From positions 18,910,001 to 18,974,000 of the forward strand of contig OZ316775.1 in NCBI GenBank assembly GCA_973851085.1: DNA of 64,000 nucleotides, given 5' to 3'. The notes below the pieces were generated by a model. The model was not told the origin of the DNA. It did not search any database and saw only the letters and a list, made by a program, of their open reading frames with translations. Numbering within the stretch: the first letter of the stretch is position 1; each line of letters opens with the position of its first letter. The stretch is from Ptychomitrium polyphyllum (Eukaryota). The position numbers were made by a program, and so were the translations under genes. This document shows, piece after piece, positions 1-12,392 of this stretch.

Positions 1-476
1 CATGGCGCTGCCTCGATTTCCGAAATCTCCACTACGCACCCCGCCTGCCGAAGCTGGCATCTTGCTGCTCTCGAAACTTCTGGAGACACAACAAAGTCGG
101 TCTGAGGGCATGGGCATTGAAATAGCTTGAGAGTCTCCACGTGAGAGAAGCCCCCGCTGTGACGCTCCTCGTCTCGCAATCAACCAAACTCTGCTCCCAT
201 ACACACGCGGAGGTCGAGTCATCAGACTCGAGAGCCGCACATCTGCCATCATTCCAAACAACACCAACGACTCGCGTCACGCTCGGAATGCCAACTCGAC
301 ATGCTTCACCCAACTTGTGCAGGCTGGGTGCTGGGTTGGTGGCGTGGTGCGGTGACGATGCCGCGTCGTCGTTTGCGCTTGGGAAAGGGATTCCTGAAGG
401 GTCTCTTAGTTGTAGCAGCGCACGCTATCCCTTCCCGAAATTTGTGATATTCATGTGTATGATCTGGATGAGATCT

Positions 477-532
477 ACTTACATTCTTTGCAGTACTATG
501 GGTTACTTACATTCTTTGCAGTACTATGGGTT
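477..532. repeat. Perfect 28-bp tandem duplication
   Basis: acttacattctttgcagtactatgggtt occurs twice in tandem. Confidence 0.9.
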
Positions 533-1834
533 GTTTGGCTTGAGGTCCCATGAATCACCGCTGGCATTGTTCAACTGAGAGGTTAAGCCGCGAATTATTA
601 ACCCTTTAGCGCTCAGGGACTGTATTATAGGGACCTCCGCAGATTTTCTACCGGCTCCATAACTGCCCCTAGGTTGCTGGATGGAAATGACCTATATGGT
701 GCAGTATTGGTATGATTTGGCGAAGGCAGGACGGCTTCGGTCATCCTTCCTTGAATAGGTGAGCAAATTGGACAGCCTCAGTAAAGGTAGCCCGTGGCAA
801 GCCGACTGTGGTTACCTAGATGTATTCTCGTAGGCCTGCGTAGAAGGTTCTAAGCATAAAGGTAATGTTTGAGGGTTGGTGAGGTTCTCCATTAGTTGTA
901 GTAGTTGTTCTATAGAATCCTCAACAAATTCTATGGATTTTTGTGTCATGGTATAAAAATGGATGTATGTTTTATCTTTGGTTTTAATCAATCAATAGCA
1001 TTTTTTGAATGCAAGAAGGAAGTCATCTAAAGTTTTGTAAAAAAATTAGAGGCGATGAAATGTGAACCAGATGAATTCTTTGTTGGTAAGTATACTACCA
1101 AAAAGTTCTAGTTGGACTAGGAGAGTATTTTTTCCATTCAAAATAAGTAACAAGATAAATTTTTGGCAATAATGTTCAAGATATGTACCAATTTGATAGA
1201 TCGAATATGCTAGAGCTTTGTAAATAAGAAGGTATATAATAAGGAGCACTAGCAATGTGGAAGCTATTGATGGAGGTTGCAACCAATTGGTAGTAGCAAG
1301 CAAGCAAATATGGATATATTGATGATAAGAAGGAGTATGGGAGTTGGATAGTCTACAAAGGTGGCAAAATGTAGAAGGAATACAAGAAATGGAAAGAAAA
1401 TAAGGGAATTAATTAGGAAAAAATAGATAAAAGAAAAGTTGGTTTAAGTAGGTGTTTATATGTATGTGGAACTTGCCAGTAATTTAGTAAGTTAATATTA
1501 TAATTAGTAGAAGGCAAATTGGCAGCTATAAAAAAGAAGTTTATTGTAGTAGAATTATTAAAAGGTCCTTTGGTAGAAATATGAATTGATTAAGGAAATT
1601 GGAAGTGATAGACAACAATAATAGATGTAATTTTAGGAGATTCATGCCAAAAAAAAGAAGTATATGGAATTGGTTGAAGAATTAAAAGAAACAAAGATTA
1701 TATCATGATAAAATTGTCATCCTCCTATGTCTATCAGTTAATAATCAAGTTAATAATGGTATTGACTTGATAAGCATGTTCTTGAAGTATTGAAAGGTCA
1801 TTTTATATGTAACAAGGAATATGTGGAGAAGAAG

Positions 1835-2271
1835 TATTAGGAACACAAGAAACAAAAAGCAAAAACGAAGTGTTTCCCAAAAATTAGCTTCCAAAGAGCT
1901 AATGATTAACAAAAATCTGATACAAAGACTAGAACAAAGTAGGATTCAATATGATCTACAACTTGTGTTGGCAAGATTAAAGAATACCTTGTCTTGCCTC
2001 CTATTTATGCTATAACGCTTGTATCTCCTAGGATACTTCTAAAGAAGCTTCTTGTAAGGCTTAAGAATGTTCAACAAGACTAATGTAAGATTTGATGGTG
2101 GTAGAACCTTTCTAGGAAGTTTCATGAGGTGATGGAATTTTCTTAGGAAGTTTCTTAAAAATGTGGAAACGGCTTTGGAGACATTTGAAAGTATTCTAAG
2201 AAGCTACTATAATATATCAGACAATTCTAAAAGGTTCTAAAGGCTATGTAGCATGATTTATGTCCGTGACA
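1835..2271 (-). repeat. 3' LTR of outer element
   Basis: Reverse-complement match to the family LTR (tattaggaacacaagaaac...atgtccgtgaca), with the degenerate PPT complement immediately to its right. Confidence 0.88.
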
Positions 2272-5200
2272 TCATCTCTTAATTTAGCAACAAATTCCAT
2301 AAGGAACTCTTTTTGTGGCTTGCTTGTCACATTTCCACAAATTTCAAAATTTATCAAAGAAGTGAAGCAACGTATTTTGCTCATTGTTCTCTGCCTACTG
2401 ATTCAACTGATCCTCGCAAGAAGCGCCAATGACTACCAGGCAAGACTTCTATTGTTAAAATGTCCTAGCCCAAAAATTAATCTTAATTAAGTCTTTCAAA
2501 ACATCCTCCAAATATGATCTTGGATCTTCCGTGAGAGACTCTTCAAATTTCTAACAAGATGAATAAAGCGCGAGCATCTGAATCAAGACTAGAATGTGAA
2601 AGGCAGTTAGCCAATACTTCTACATGAGGTCGCATTCAACATTGGAAAGTTTCTCTCATATCTAAGTATAGATCTTCCATTATTGAAGGCTGAAAAAGTT
2701 AAATTGGCTCAATAGATGCTGTTGTTTAAGAAGGCACGGCCAACTGCTATTTACGCATTTCCATGATAACACAAAGATTTGACATACTAGCTAGGATCTA
2801 GAGATGATCTATTTTGGAAATAACGTTGCATACAATTGGAAGAGTGGATATCTCTCCTCCCTTCTTATACTTTTTTTATAGAAAAAACTTCTTTGTGGAG
2901 CTAATGACTACTGATAACACGTCATTACTAACCGGGTTTTTGAGGATATCTTTGATGAAATTTGTGTACCTTCTCTAATGCATTTGTTATCTTCATCAAA
3001 AGTTTTTATGTTTGGTCATATCCTTGCCAATGTATAAGGTACTCCACACATCCATTTTTTATGCGTAAATTTAAGATTTCTTCGATTTCATACTCCATTT
3101 TATTATTGATTTCCACTGGAGGAAGCGGACAGACAACCTTCTCTGGTATACATGACTTGTTGTAGGTTTCCAACAACAATACATGGAACACTAGATTAAT
3201 TTGCATAGTTGGTGCTAGTTTGAAGCAATAATTGACCGGATTTATTTGTTTGCTGATTTCAAACGATCCCAGCCTTTGATAGTCCAACTTCTTTGACGAT
3301 CTTTTTATTTGTATGTTTCGTTATAGGAACCATACGTTATCTCCAACCTTGAATTTTGGATGGTCCTTCCATTGATGATCTGCATGAGTTTTATAACAAT
3401 CTTGAGCTTGTTGTGACTGGAAAGCAAGTTCTTGATGGATTTTAGCAAGTTGAGTTGCAAAATCCTATGCTACAAAACTTCCAACATGCTTGACTTGAAA
3501 TGGGTCTGCTCGAGGATGTTGGTCATAGTTTGCAAAGAATGGACTTTGAATTGTTGACGAACGCATTGTATTATTGAAAGCAAACTCTGCCAAAGATAAG
3601 AGGTCCATTTAGTTGTCATGTTGATAGTTTATGCTGCATTAAGGGTACTGTTCCAAAATTTTAATTAATATTTTCAGTTTAACCATTAGTTTGCGGATGG
3701 TATATTGAAGAAAGGTTGATCTTCACGCGCAATAGCTGGAATAGACCTTCTAAAAGTTGAAAATGACTTCCAGCTCTTGATTGAATTCAATATCATTTTG
3801 TAGTCCATGTATGCGGTAGACGTGATTTAAGAACAACTTGGCAGTTTCTTCTCTCGTTACCACCTTGTTGTAATGGAATGAAATAAGCCATCTTGGTAAA
3901 CCAATCTACCACTACCAAAATAGAATCCTTCAAATTAGAGTTTAGAAGGTCCATAATAAAATCCATTGATAATGACAACCATGGATTTTTTGGCATTGGA
4001 AGCGGATGGAAGAAACCATGAGGTTGGTGTCTTGGTACTTTAGCCGTTGCACAAGTGTCATATGATCGAATAAAATCCCTTATGTATTTCCACACTTGCG
4101 GCCACCAACAGTCTCTAGCAATCAACTCCATTGTTTTATTCAATTCAATATGCCTTGCTGCTAGAAAATCATGACTTGCTTGAAGGATCTTTAATCGCAA
4201 AGGACCTGAAGGTAGGTACAAAAGTCCTTTATAATAAAGTAGACCCTCTTGGAATTCAAATTCTTCATCATTATTTGAAGAATCTTTGTTGTTTTTGAAG
4301 CGCCTCCTTATATTTGAAACAAAGACATCATTCTTCAAGGCCCTCCAAATTTTGTTGAGATGGAATGTTGTAATAATAATCGTTGCTTTTAATTGAAAAT
4401 TCTATGGCTTCAATAAAAATAGTCATTTATTGATACAAAACATCATCTTTAGGTCAAAGAGCTAAATAAGATTTTCAAGAAAAGGCATCTAGCTTACCTT
4501 GTAGGCTACCAAGTCGATAAGTAATGACAAAGTCAAATATGGAAAGCAATATACTCCACCTGGCTTGACAACAATTCAGAACGCGCGCATTTATGAAATA
4601 TTCCAAGTTCTTATGATTTGTGTATATTGTGATGGTATGTTGAGCTCCTTCTAAAATTGTCACTATTCCTCAAACGCATCCACAATTGCAAGTAATTCTT
4701 TATCATGTATATCATAATTTTTCTCTGCCGCTGAGAACTTTTTTAAATGAAAAGCAATAGGATGAAGTCTCTTATCTTCATCATATTGTGAGAATATTAA
4801 GCAAAGCGCAAAATTTAAGGCATCCGCTTCCAAATAGAAAGGCATTGATGGATTTGGATGAATAAGGATTGGAGCCGACGTGAATGGCTTCTTAAAAACT
4901 TGAAATGTTATTTCTGCTTTTTCATTCCACGTGAATTTTTGCTTCCTAGTAAATTGTATCAATGGTGCCGCAATCTTAGAATAGTCTTTGATGAATATCC
5001 TATAGAAGTTTGCAAATTCCAACAAGCATTGAATATCTTGAATTGATTTTGGCGTACTTTATTTAATGATGATGCTTATTTTCTTCTCATCTATATGAAT
5101 TCCTTCTTTGGAGATGATATAGCCTAAAAATTCAACCGATGATTCATAAAAAAGGCATTTCTTCAATTTGGCATATAATCCTTGCTAGTGTAGTTTTTCT

Positions 5201-5915
5201 TAAACTAGTTGCACATGACTTTTGTAGTCTTATTTATTCTTGGAATATATCAAAATATCATTCAAGTAGATGATTACAAAATCGTCCAAGTGTACATGGA
5301 AGATATCATTCATCGTGTATTGGAAGATTACATAGGCATTAATAAGGCCAAAAGGCATGACATTGTATTCAAATTGGCCATATTAGATCAAAGAGTTGTC
5401 TTCCATTCGTCTCTTTCTTTAATGCGTAATAGATTGTATATTCCTCTAAAATCAATCTTGGTGAATATCTTTGCTTAGCCAAGTTGCTATAAAAATCTTG
5501 AGATTAATGGTAATGGATAGCAATTGTTTTTTTGGTATTTTATTGAGGCCTCAATAATCCACACACATATGTAATGATCCATCCTTCTTCTTTACAAATA
5601 AGATGGGTGCTCTAGCAGGTAATTTAGAGTAATGGATGAAGCCATTTCCAAGGTTTTCATCAATATATTCTCTCAAGGCAGTCAACTAAATTTGTGATAG
5701 GTTATAGATAGATTCAAAAGGTGGTTGGGCTCCTTCTTGCAACTCAATGGCACAATAAAAAGGGCAATGCTTTGATAATATGTCGGCGTTCTTCTTCTCA
5801 AAAATGTCTTTATAATCTTGATATTGACAAGGTATATTTGGATAAGTCCCTACTATAGAGCCGTACAGTGGTGTGGCATAAATGAATAAACTGGTTTATC
5901 CTTTGCTGCTCTCTT

Positions 5916-6485
5916 TATCACAGACATAGATCATGCAACGTAGTCCTTAGAACATTCTAGAACCTTCTAGTATACTATAATAGCTTCTTAAAATACTTTT
6001 ATATGTCTCCATAGTCTTCCCATATTCTTAGGAAGCTTCCTAGGAAAGTTCTTCCACCTTAGGAAACTTCCTAGGAAGGTTCTATCATCTTCGGTAACTT
6101 CCTAGGATGATTCTACCTCTTTGGGAAACTTCCTAAGAAGGTTCCGCTACCTTATGAAATTTCCAAGGAAGGTTCTACTTCCTTGGAAGCCTCTTAGGAA
6201 GGTTCCAACACCTTAGAAAACTTCTTAAGAAGATTCCCTACACTTCCAGAACATTCTTAAGCCTTGTAGGAAGCTTCTTTAGAACTATCCTAGGAGATAC
6301 AACGTCATAGTATAAATAGGAGGTAAGACAAGGTATTCCTTAGTCTTGCCAACACAAGTTGTGGATCATCTTGAATCCTGCCTTGATCTAGTCATTGTAT
6401 CAAGTTCTTGTTAATCATTAGTTCTTTGGAAGCTAATTCTTGGGAAACACTTCGTTTCAACTTCTTGTTTCTTGTGTCCCTAACA
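5916..6485 (+). repeat. 5' LTR of inner element (570 bp)
   Basis: t[a]tcacagacatagatc...gtgtccctaaca. TATA-like tataaat at 6311. Seven ~31-bp internal repeats. Confidence 0.93.
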
Positions 6486-6487
6486 GT

Positions 6488-6499
6488 TTGGCAAGACTA
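6488..6499 (+). promoter_or_regulatory. Primer-binding site, self-priming type
   Basis: ttggcaagacta begins 2 nt after the 5' LTR and is the exact reverse complement of tagtcttgccaa (6341-6352), which lies 30 nt downstream of the LTR TATA box. Confidence 0.75.
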
Positions 6500-6721
6500 C
6501 TTTTCATCTTTGTCAAAACTAAGGTTCTTTGAAGAAGATTATGGATTACCCATCTTCTTGAGGATTCCATAGCGTCTTAGAGATTGCGGATTACCCTCTT
6601 CTAAGCTGGCACCATAGAATTGGTTTCTCCTTCTAAAACTAAGTATTATTTCTTTCAAAGGACGTGGATTTTCCTCCTTTGAAGGTAATCATAGTCTTTC
6701 TGTCTTTGAAAGTCCTAAGAA

Positions 6722-7741
6722 ATGGATAACGTGCCTGAAACATCAAAGAATAGGTTTTCAACTATTGCAGACCTTCAAGAGTTATCAAATACAATTTGAA
6801 TGGAACTCGCCCGTTTTAATACCACCAACAATCTGGAGCAACATACTCGGCAAGCTAAAGAATCCAATGGCGATATTCAAAGTCTATATCAAGAGATTGT
6901 TTGATTGTAAAAGGCCAACATTATAAACGAAGGCTTACATCAAAACCATGCAGAGCCAAAGTTTAGCAAACCAAACAAGTTTGATGGATCAAGATCAAAG
7001 TTGAAATGCTTTGATCAACAAGTAAGACTCTTCCTTAGTTTGTATCAATCTTGCTATCCTGATGGCACAACTCAAGTGAGATTTGTGGCCACTCTTTTAT
7101 CAAACAATGCACTATTGTGGTTTGCACCCCTAATGGAGAAGCAGTCACCATTATTGAACAACTAAGATGCTTTTATAGAAGCATTGACATCTACTTTTGG
7201 AGACACCAACCGAGAGAAAGCGGCTGAAACAAGGATCTAAAGTTTCCAACAAGGACAGCGCTCAACTGCTACATATGCTGCAAAGTTTTGACAATTAGCT
7301 TGCGACCTTGATTGGAATGATAAAGCCTTGGTCACACGATTCCGATGGGGCTTAAGAGAGAATGTAAAGGACTTGCTACTCACAATGTCAAGAGTTGAAA
7401 CATTGGACGAATTCATCACTCAAGCAAAAGCATGTGACAATAGACTATTTGAAAGGCGCCAAGAACAACGTTTGGGATGGCAACCAGTACATCAAAGCAT
7501 GGCTACCACTTCTTCAAGAATATTGGAAAATCGACCACAAGGACCATAACCTATGCAAATTGATGCTGCCCAGTTCAGACGTTTGATTCTCAAAGAAAAA
7601 TAAACGCGTCAAAGTGAAAACCTATGTTTGTATTATGGCAAGTTTGGACATAAAATGCACAATTGCCAAATCAAAGGATCTACCTTTAAGGCTCAAAGCA
7701 CGATGGTGGAGTTGAAAAACAAGGCTGTCAAGTCACAGTAG
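6722..7741 (+). pseudogene. gag: gag of inner element (premature stops)
   Basis: Retrotransposon gag-like sequence (RFRWGLRENVKDLL) and a degenerate zinc knuckle CLYYGKFGHKMHNC. The frame ends at TAG 7739-7741. The start codon is tentative. Confidence 0.8.
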
Positions 7742-10700
7742 GGACCATGCAACTGGACACCACAAGAAAACGACCATCAAATCAAGGTCTCTTACTACCT
7801 TCAAACCCAATTTCTTGTTTTATATTTCCTATCAAATTAACATTGTTAGATGATGAAATAATTAGTGAGGCTCTCTTAATCACTGGTGCAACGGCATGTT
7901 TTATGGACAAGGATTTTGCAACCAAACATCACATGGTGCTTGTAAAGAAAAAATACCCCGCACCTGTTAAAGTTATTGATGGACGATCTCTTGCGTCTAG
8001 CATTATTATTGAAGAAATTCAGTTCTTGGATGTTGTTTTAGGAGACCAGGCATCTAAGATTGTCTTCAACATCATTCAATGCCAAACGAATCCTATTGTT
8101 TTGGGCCTTCCTTGGTTTAAATTACATAATCCAGACATTGACTGGCGATCACGGAGTGTGGTTTCAAGGAAAAGACGCCAAGATACGAGAAATCTTCGAC
8201 CATCATTTATTGGAGCTAAGGCATTTATGAGAGCGGCAAAGGATGAACCAATCTATGCCATTTATGCCACGCCAATGTCTAGCTCAACAATAGAGACTAA
8301 TCAAAACATACTTCGTCAATATCAAGATTATAAAGATGTTTTTGAAAAGAAGAATGCGAACATGTTACTAAAGCACCGGCCCTACGATTGTACCATTGAG
8401 TTGCAAGAAGGAGCTCAACCACCTTTTGGACCTATTTATAACTTATCACAAACTGAGTTGGTTGCCTTTAGAGAATATATTGATGAAAACCTTGGAAAAG
8501 GTTTCATTCAACACTCTAAATCACCTGCTGGAGCACCCATTCTATTTGTAAAGAAGAAAGATGGATCATTACGTATGTGCGTGGACTATTGAGGCCTCAA
8601 TAAAGTAACAATAAAGAATTGCTATCCATTACCATTAATCTCAAGACTCCTACGACAACTTAGTTAAGCAAAGATATTCACCAAAATTGATCTTAGAGGA
8701 GCCTACAATCTTGTACGCATCAAAGAAGGAGACGAATGGAAGACAGCTTTTTTATCTAGGTATGGTCATTTTGAATACAATGTCATGCCTTTTGGCCTTA
8801 CTAATGCTCCCGTTGTCTTCCAACATATGATGAATGATATCTTCCATGAACATCTGGATGATTTTGTAGTCATCTACTTAGATGACATTCTGATATATTC
8901 AAAGGATGAACAAGACCACGAATGTCATGTGCGACGAGTCTTAGAAAAACTACGCCAGCGAGGATTATATGCCAAATTGGAGAAGTGCCTTTTCCATGAA
9001 TCCTTGGTTGAATTTTTAGGCTACATTATTTCCAATGGAGGAATCCATATGGATAAGATGAAAATAAGCATTGTCATGGAGTGGAGTACGCCAAGATCAA
9101 TTCGTGAATATTCAGTGTTTTTTGGGATTTGCAAATTTCTACAGGATATTCATCAAGAATTATTCCAAAACTGCGGCATCATTAACACGTCTTACGGGGA
9201 AGCAAAAATTCATTTTGGATGAAAAGGCGGAGAAAGCATTTCAAAGTCTTAAGAAGTCATTCACGTCAGCTCCAATTCTTATTCATCAAAATCCATCAAA
9301 GCCTTTCTATTTGGAAGCGCATGCCTTAGATTTTGCGCTTGGCTTAGTACTCTCTCAATATGATGAAGACAGGAGACTTCACCCTCTTGCCTTTCGTTCA
9401 AGGAAGTTCTCAGCGGCAGAGATTAACTATGATATACATGATAAAGAACTACTTACAATTGTGGATGCGTTTGAAGAATGGCAATACTTGTTGGAAGGAG
9501 CTCAACATACCATTACGATATACACAGACCACAAGAACTTGGAGTATTTCATGAGAACGCGCGTTTTGAATCGCCGTCAAACAAGGTGTAGTATGTCACT
9601 TTCTAGATTTGACTTCGTCATTACCTATCGATTCGGTAGCTTGCAAGGTAAGTCAGATGCCTTATCTCGAAGATCTTCTTTAGCTCTTCAACCTGGAAAT
9701 GATGTTTTGAATCAATAAAAGACTATTTTAGTGAAGCCTAAGAATCTTCAATTGAGAGCAGCCATTATTACGACAGCATCCCATTTTGACGAAATTTGGA
9801 AGGCTCTAAAGAATGAAGTCTTTGTTTCAAATATAAAGAAGCGCCTCAAAGACAATGGAAATCCTTCAAATAGCAATGAGGATTCTGAATTCCAAGAGGG
9901 CCTACTTTATTATAAAGGACTTTTGTATCTACCTCTAGGCCCTTTGCGGATGAAGATCCTTCAAGCATGTCATGATTTTCCAGCAGCAAGACATTTTGGA
10001 TTCAATAAAACAATGGAGTTGATTGCTAGAGACTAATGGTGGCCACAAATGTGGAAGTACGTAAAGGACTTTGTTTGATCATGCGACACTTGTGCAAGAG
10101 CCAAGGTACCAAGACACCAACTTCATGGTCTCTTCCATCTGCTTCCAGTGCCAAAGGGCCCATGGTTGTCTTTATCAATGGATTTTATCACGGACCTTCC
10201 AAATTCTGATTCTAAGAATCCTATTTTGGTAGTGGTAGATTGACTTATCAAAATGGCACATTTCATTCCATACAACAAGACGGTAACAGGAGAAGAAACT
10301 GCTAAGTTGTTCCTAAATCACGTCTACCGCATACATGGACTACCAGATGATATTGTATCTGAACAAGGGCCGCAGATCATTTCCAACTTTTGAGGGGCTC
10401 TATTCTAGTTGTTGCGTGTAAAAATCAATCTTTCTTTAGCACACCATCCGCAAACTGATGGCCAAACCGAACGTGTAAATCAAATTTTGGAACAATACCT
10501 TCGTTGTAGCATAAACTATCAGCAAGACAACTGGATGGACCTCTTGCCTTTGGCAAAATCTGCTTACAACAATACGGTGCATTCTTCAACAAGTCAAAGT
10601 CCATTCTTTGCAAACTATGGCCATCATCTTCGAACAGATCCATTTCATGTGAAGCATGTTGGAAGTCCTACAGTAGAAGATTTTGCAATTCAACTTGCTA

Positions 10701-11147
10701 AAATCCATCAAGAAATTACCTTTCCAGTTACAACAAGCTCAAGATCATTACAAAACTTATGCAGATCGCCATCGAAAGGACCGTCCAAAGTTCAAGGTTG
10801 GAGATAGCATATGGCTTCTACGACAAAATATACACACAAAAAGACCATAAAAAAAGTTGGACTATCAAAGGCTGGGACCGTTTGAAATCAGCAAACAAAT
10901 AAATCCGGTTAGTTATTGCCTAAAGTTACCACCAAGCATGCAAATTCATCTAGTAGTCCACGTATCGTTGTTGGAAACCTATAACAAATTATGTATACCA
11001 GAGAGAATTGTCCCTCCGCCTCCTCCGCTGGAAATCAATAATGAAATTGAATATGAAGTGGAAGATATCTTAGATTCACGCATTAAGAACGGACGTGTGA
11101 AGTATCTTATACATTGGCAAGGTTATGGCATCAATGACCAAACATGA
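7714..11147 (+). pseudogene. pol: pol of inner element: protease-RT-RNase H-integrase-chromodomain, disrupted
   Basis: ORF fragments contain ALLITGATACF (protease), KKKDGSLRMCVDY, MPFGLTNAP and YLDDILI (RT), NYDIHDKELL and YTDHKNL (RNase H), [12 protein letters not shown] (integrase), and EYEVEDILDSR..YLIHWQGY (chromodomain). Confidence 0.93.
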
Positions 11148-11368
11148 GAACCTTCAACGAATGTAACAAATGCATCCGAGAAGGTAAGCGAATTTCATCA
11201 AAGATATTTTTTAATACTTGATTAGTGATGATGTGTCATCAGTAGCCGTTAGCTTCATAGAGAAGTTTTTCCTTCATAGACTAGTATAAGAAGGGAAGAG
11301 AGATATCCAAACGTCCAATTGTATGCAGCATTATTTCCAAGATAGATCATTTCCAGATTCTAGCCAAT

Positions 11369-11827
11369 ATGTCAAATCTTTGTGTTATCATGGATATGCG
11401 TGAAGAGCAGTCGGCCATACCTTCATCAACAACAGCATTTGTTGAGCCAACTCAACTTTCTCAGCCCTCGGTAATGGAGGATCTAAGTCAAGATATGAAA
11501 GGGATATCCCAACGTCAAGTACGACCTCGTGTAGAAGTATTGACTAGCCACCCTTCACATTTTAGTCTTGATTCAGATGCTCGCGCTCTAGCCATCTTGT
11601 TAGAAATTGGAAGAGTTACCCCTGGAGGATCCGAAATCTTGTTTGGAGGATGTTTTGAAGGACTTAATCAAGATCAGATCTTGGGATGGGACATTTCAAC
11701 AACAGAAGTCTTGGCTGGTGACCATCGGCATTTCTTGCAAGGGCCAGTTGAGCCAGTGAACAAGGAACAACGAGCAGAGTATGTTGTTTCACTCCTTCGA
11801 CAAATTTTGGAATTTGTAGAAATGTGA
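11369..11827 (+). CDS. Extra 152-aa ORF of unknown function between pol and the PPT
   Basis: Open ORF in the inner copy. The outer copy has a homologue at 2327-2785 (-) with the same ATG, same TGA and same 459-bp length, but with internal stops. Confidence 0.6.
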   Translation: MSNLCVIMDMREEQSAIPSSTTAFVEPTQLSQPSVMEDLSQDMKGISQRQVRPRVEVLTSHPSHFSLDSDARALAILLEIGRVTPGGSEILFGGCFEGLNQDQILGWDISTTEVLAGDHRHFLQGPVEPVNKEQRAEYVVSLLRQILEFVEM

Positions 11828-11882
11828 TAAGCAAGCCAAGAAAAGAGCTCCTCATGGGACTCGTTGCTAAATGGGGAGGTGA

Positions 11883-12392
11883 TGTCACAGACATAGATCA
11901 TACAACATAGTCCTTAGAACATTCTAAAACCTTCTAGTATACTATAATAGCTTCTTAGAATACTTTTAGATGTCTCCATAGTCTTTCCATGTTCTTAGGA
12001 AGCTTCCTAGGAAAGTTCTTCCACCTTAGGAAACTTCCTAGGAAGGTTCTACGTCTTTAGGAAACTTCTAAGGAAGGTTCCAAATTCCTTGGAAGCTTCT
12101 TAGGAAGGTTCCTACATCTTAGGAAACTTCTTGGGAAGGTTCCCTATACTTCCAGAACATTCTTAAGCCTTGTAGGAAGCTTCTTTAGAACTATCCTAGG
12201 AGATATAAGCATCATAGTATAAATAGGAGGCAAGACAAGGTATTCCTTAGTTTTGCCAACACAAGTTGTGGATCATCTTGAATCCTGCCTTGTTCTAGTC
12301 ATTGTATCAAGTTCTTGTTAATCATTAGCTCTTTGGAAGCTAATTCTTGATAAATACTTTGTTTCTACTTCTTGTTTCTTGTGTCCCTAACA
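11883..12392 (+). repeat. 3' LTR of inner element (510 bp)
   Basis: tgtcacagacatagatc...gtgtccctaaca with TG...CA termini. Five ~31-bp internal repeats. Confidence 0.93.

Larger units (their letters stand above)
5916..12392 (+). mobile_element. Inner full-length Ty3/gypsy chromovirus (Tcn1-like) LTR retrotransposon nested in the outer copy
   Basis: Paired LTRs at 5916-6485 and 11883-12392. 5-bp TSD ctctt (5911-5915) / ctcat (12393-12397). Order gag-PR-RT (YLDD)-RH-INT-chromodomain, with a PPT (aaatggggaggtga) before the 3' LTR. Joining the flanks restores the outer pol sequence. Confidence 0.95.

Noticed and set aside
1..580. ORFs 32-313 (-) and 141-578 (+), and a possible minus-strand ATG at 3-1
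   Set aside because: No recognisable domains. The region may be the leader or promoter of a gene leaving the window, but this cannot be supported from the visible sequence.
900..1834. AT-rich purine-skewed stretch, possible old TE remnant
   Set aside because: No termini or protein motif recognisable.
6030..6245. CRISPR-like regularly spaced palindromic repeats
   Set aside because: The units are contiguous with no unique spacers, lie inside LTRs of a eukaryotic element, and no cas genes are present.
7739..7746. MLV-like UAG-G readthrough of the gag stop
   Set aside because: pol is in the -1 frame, so readthrough would not produce Gag-Pol.
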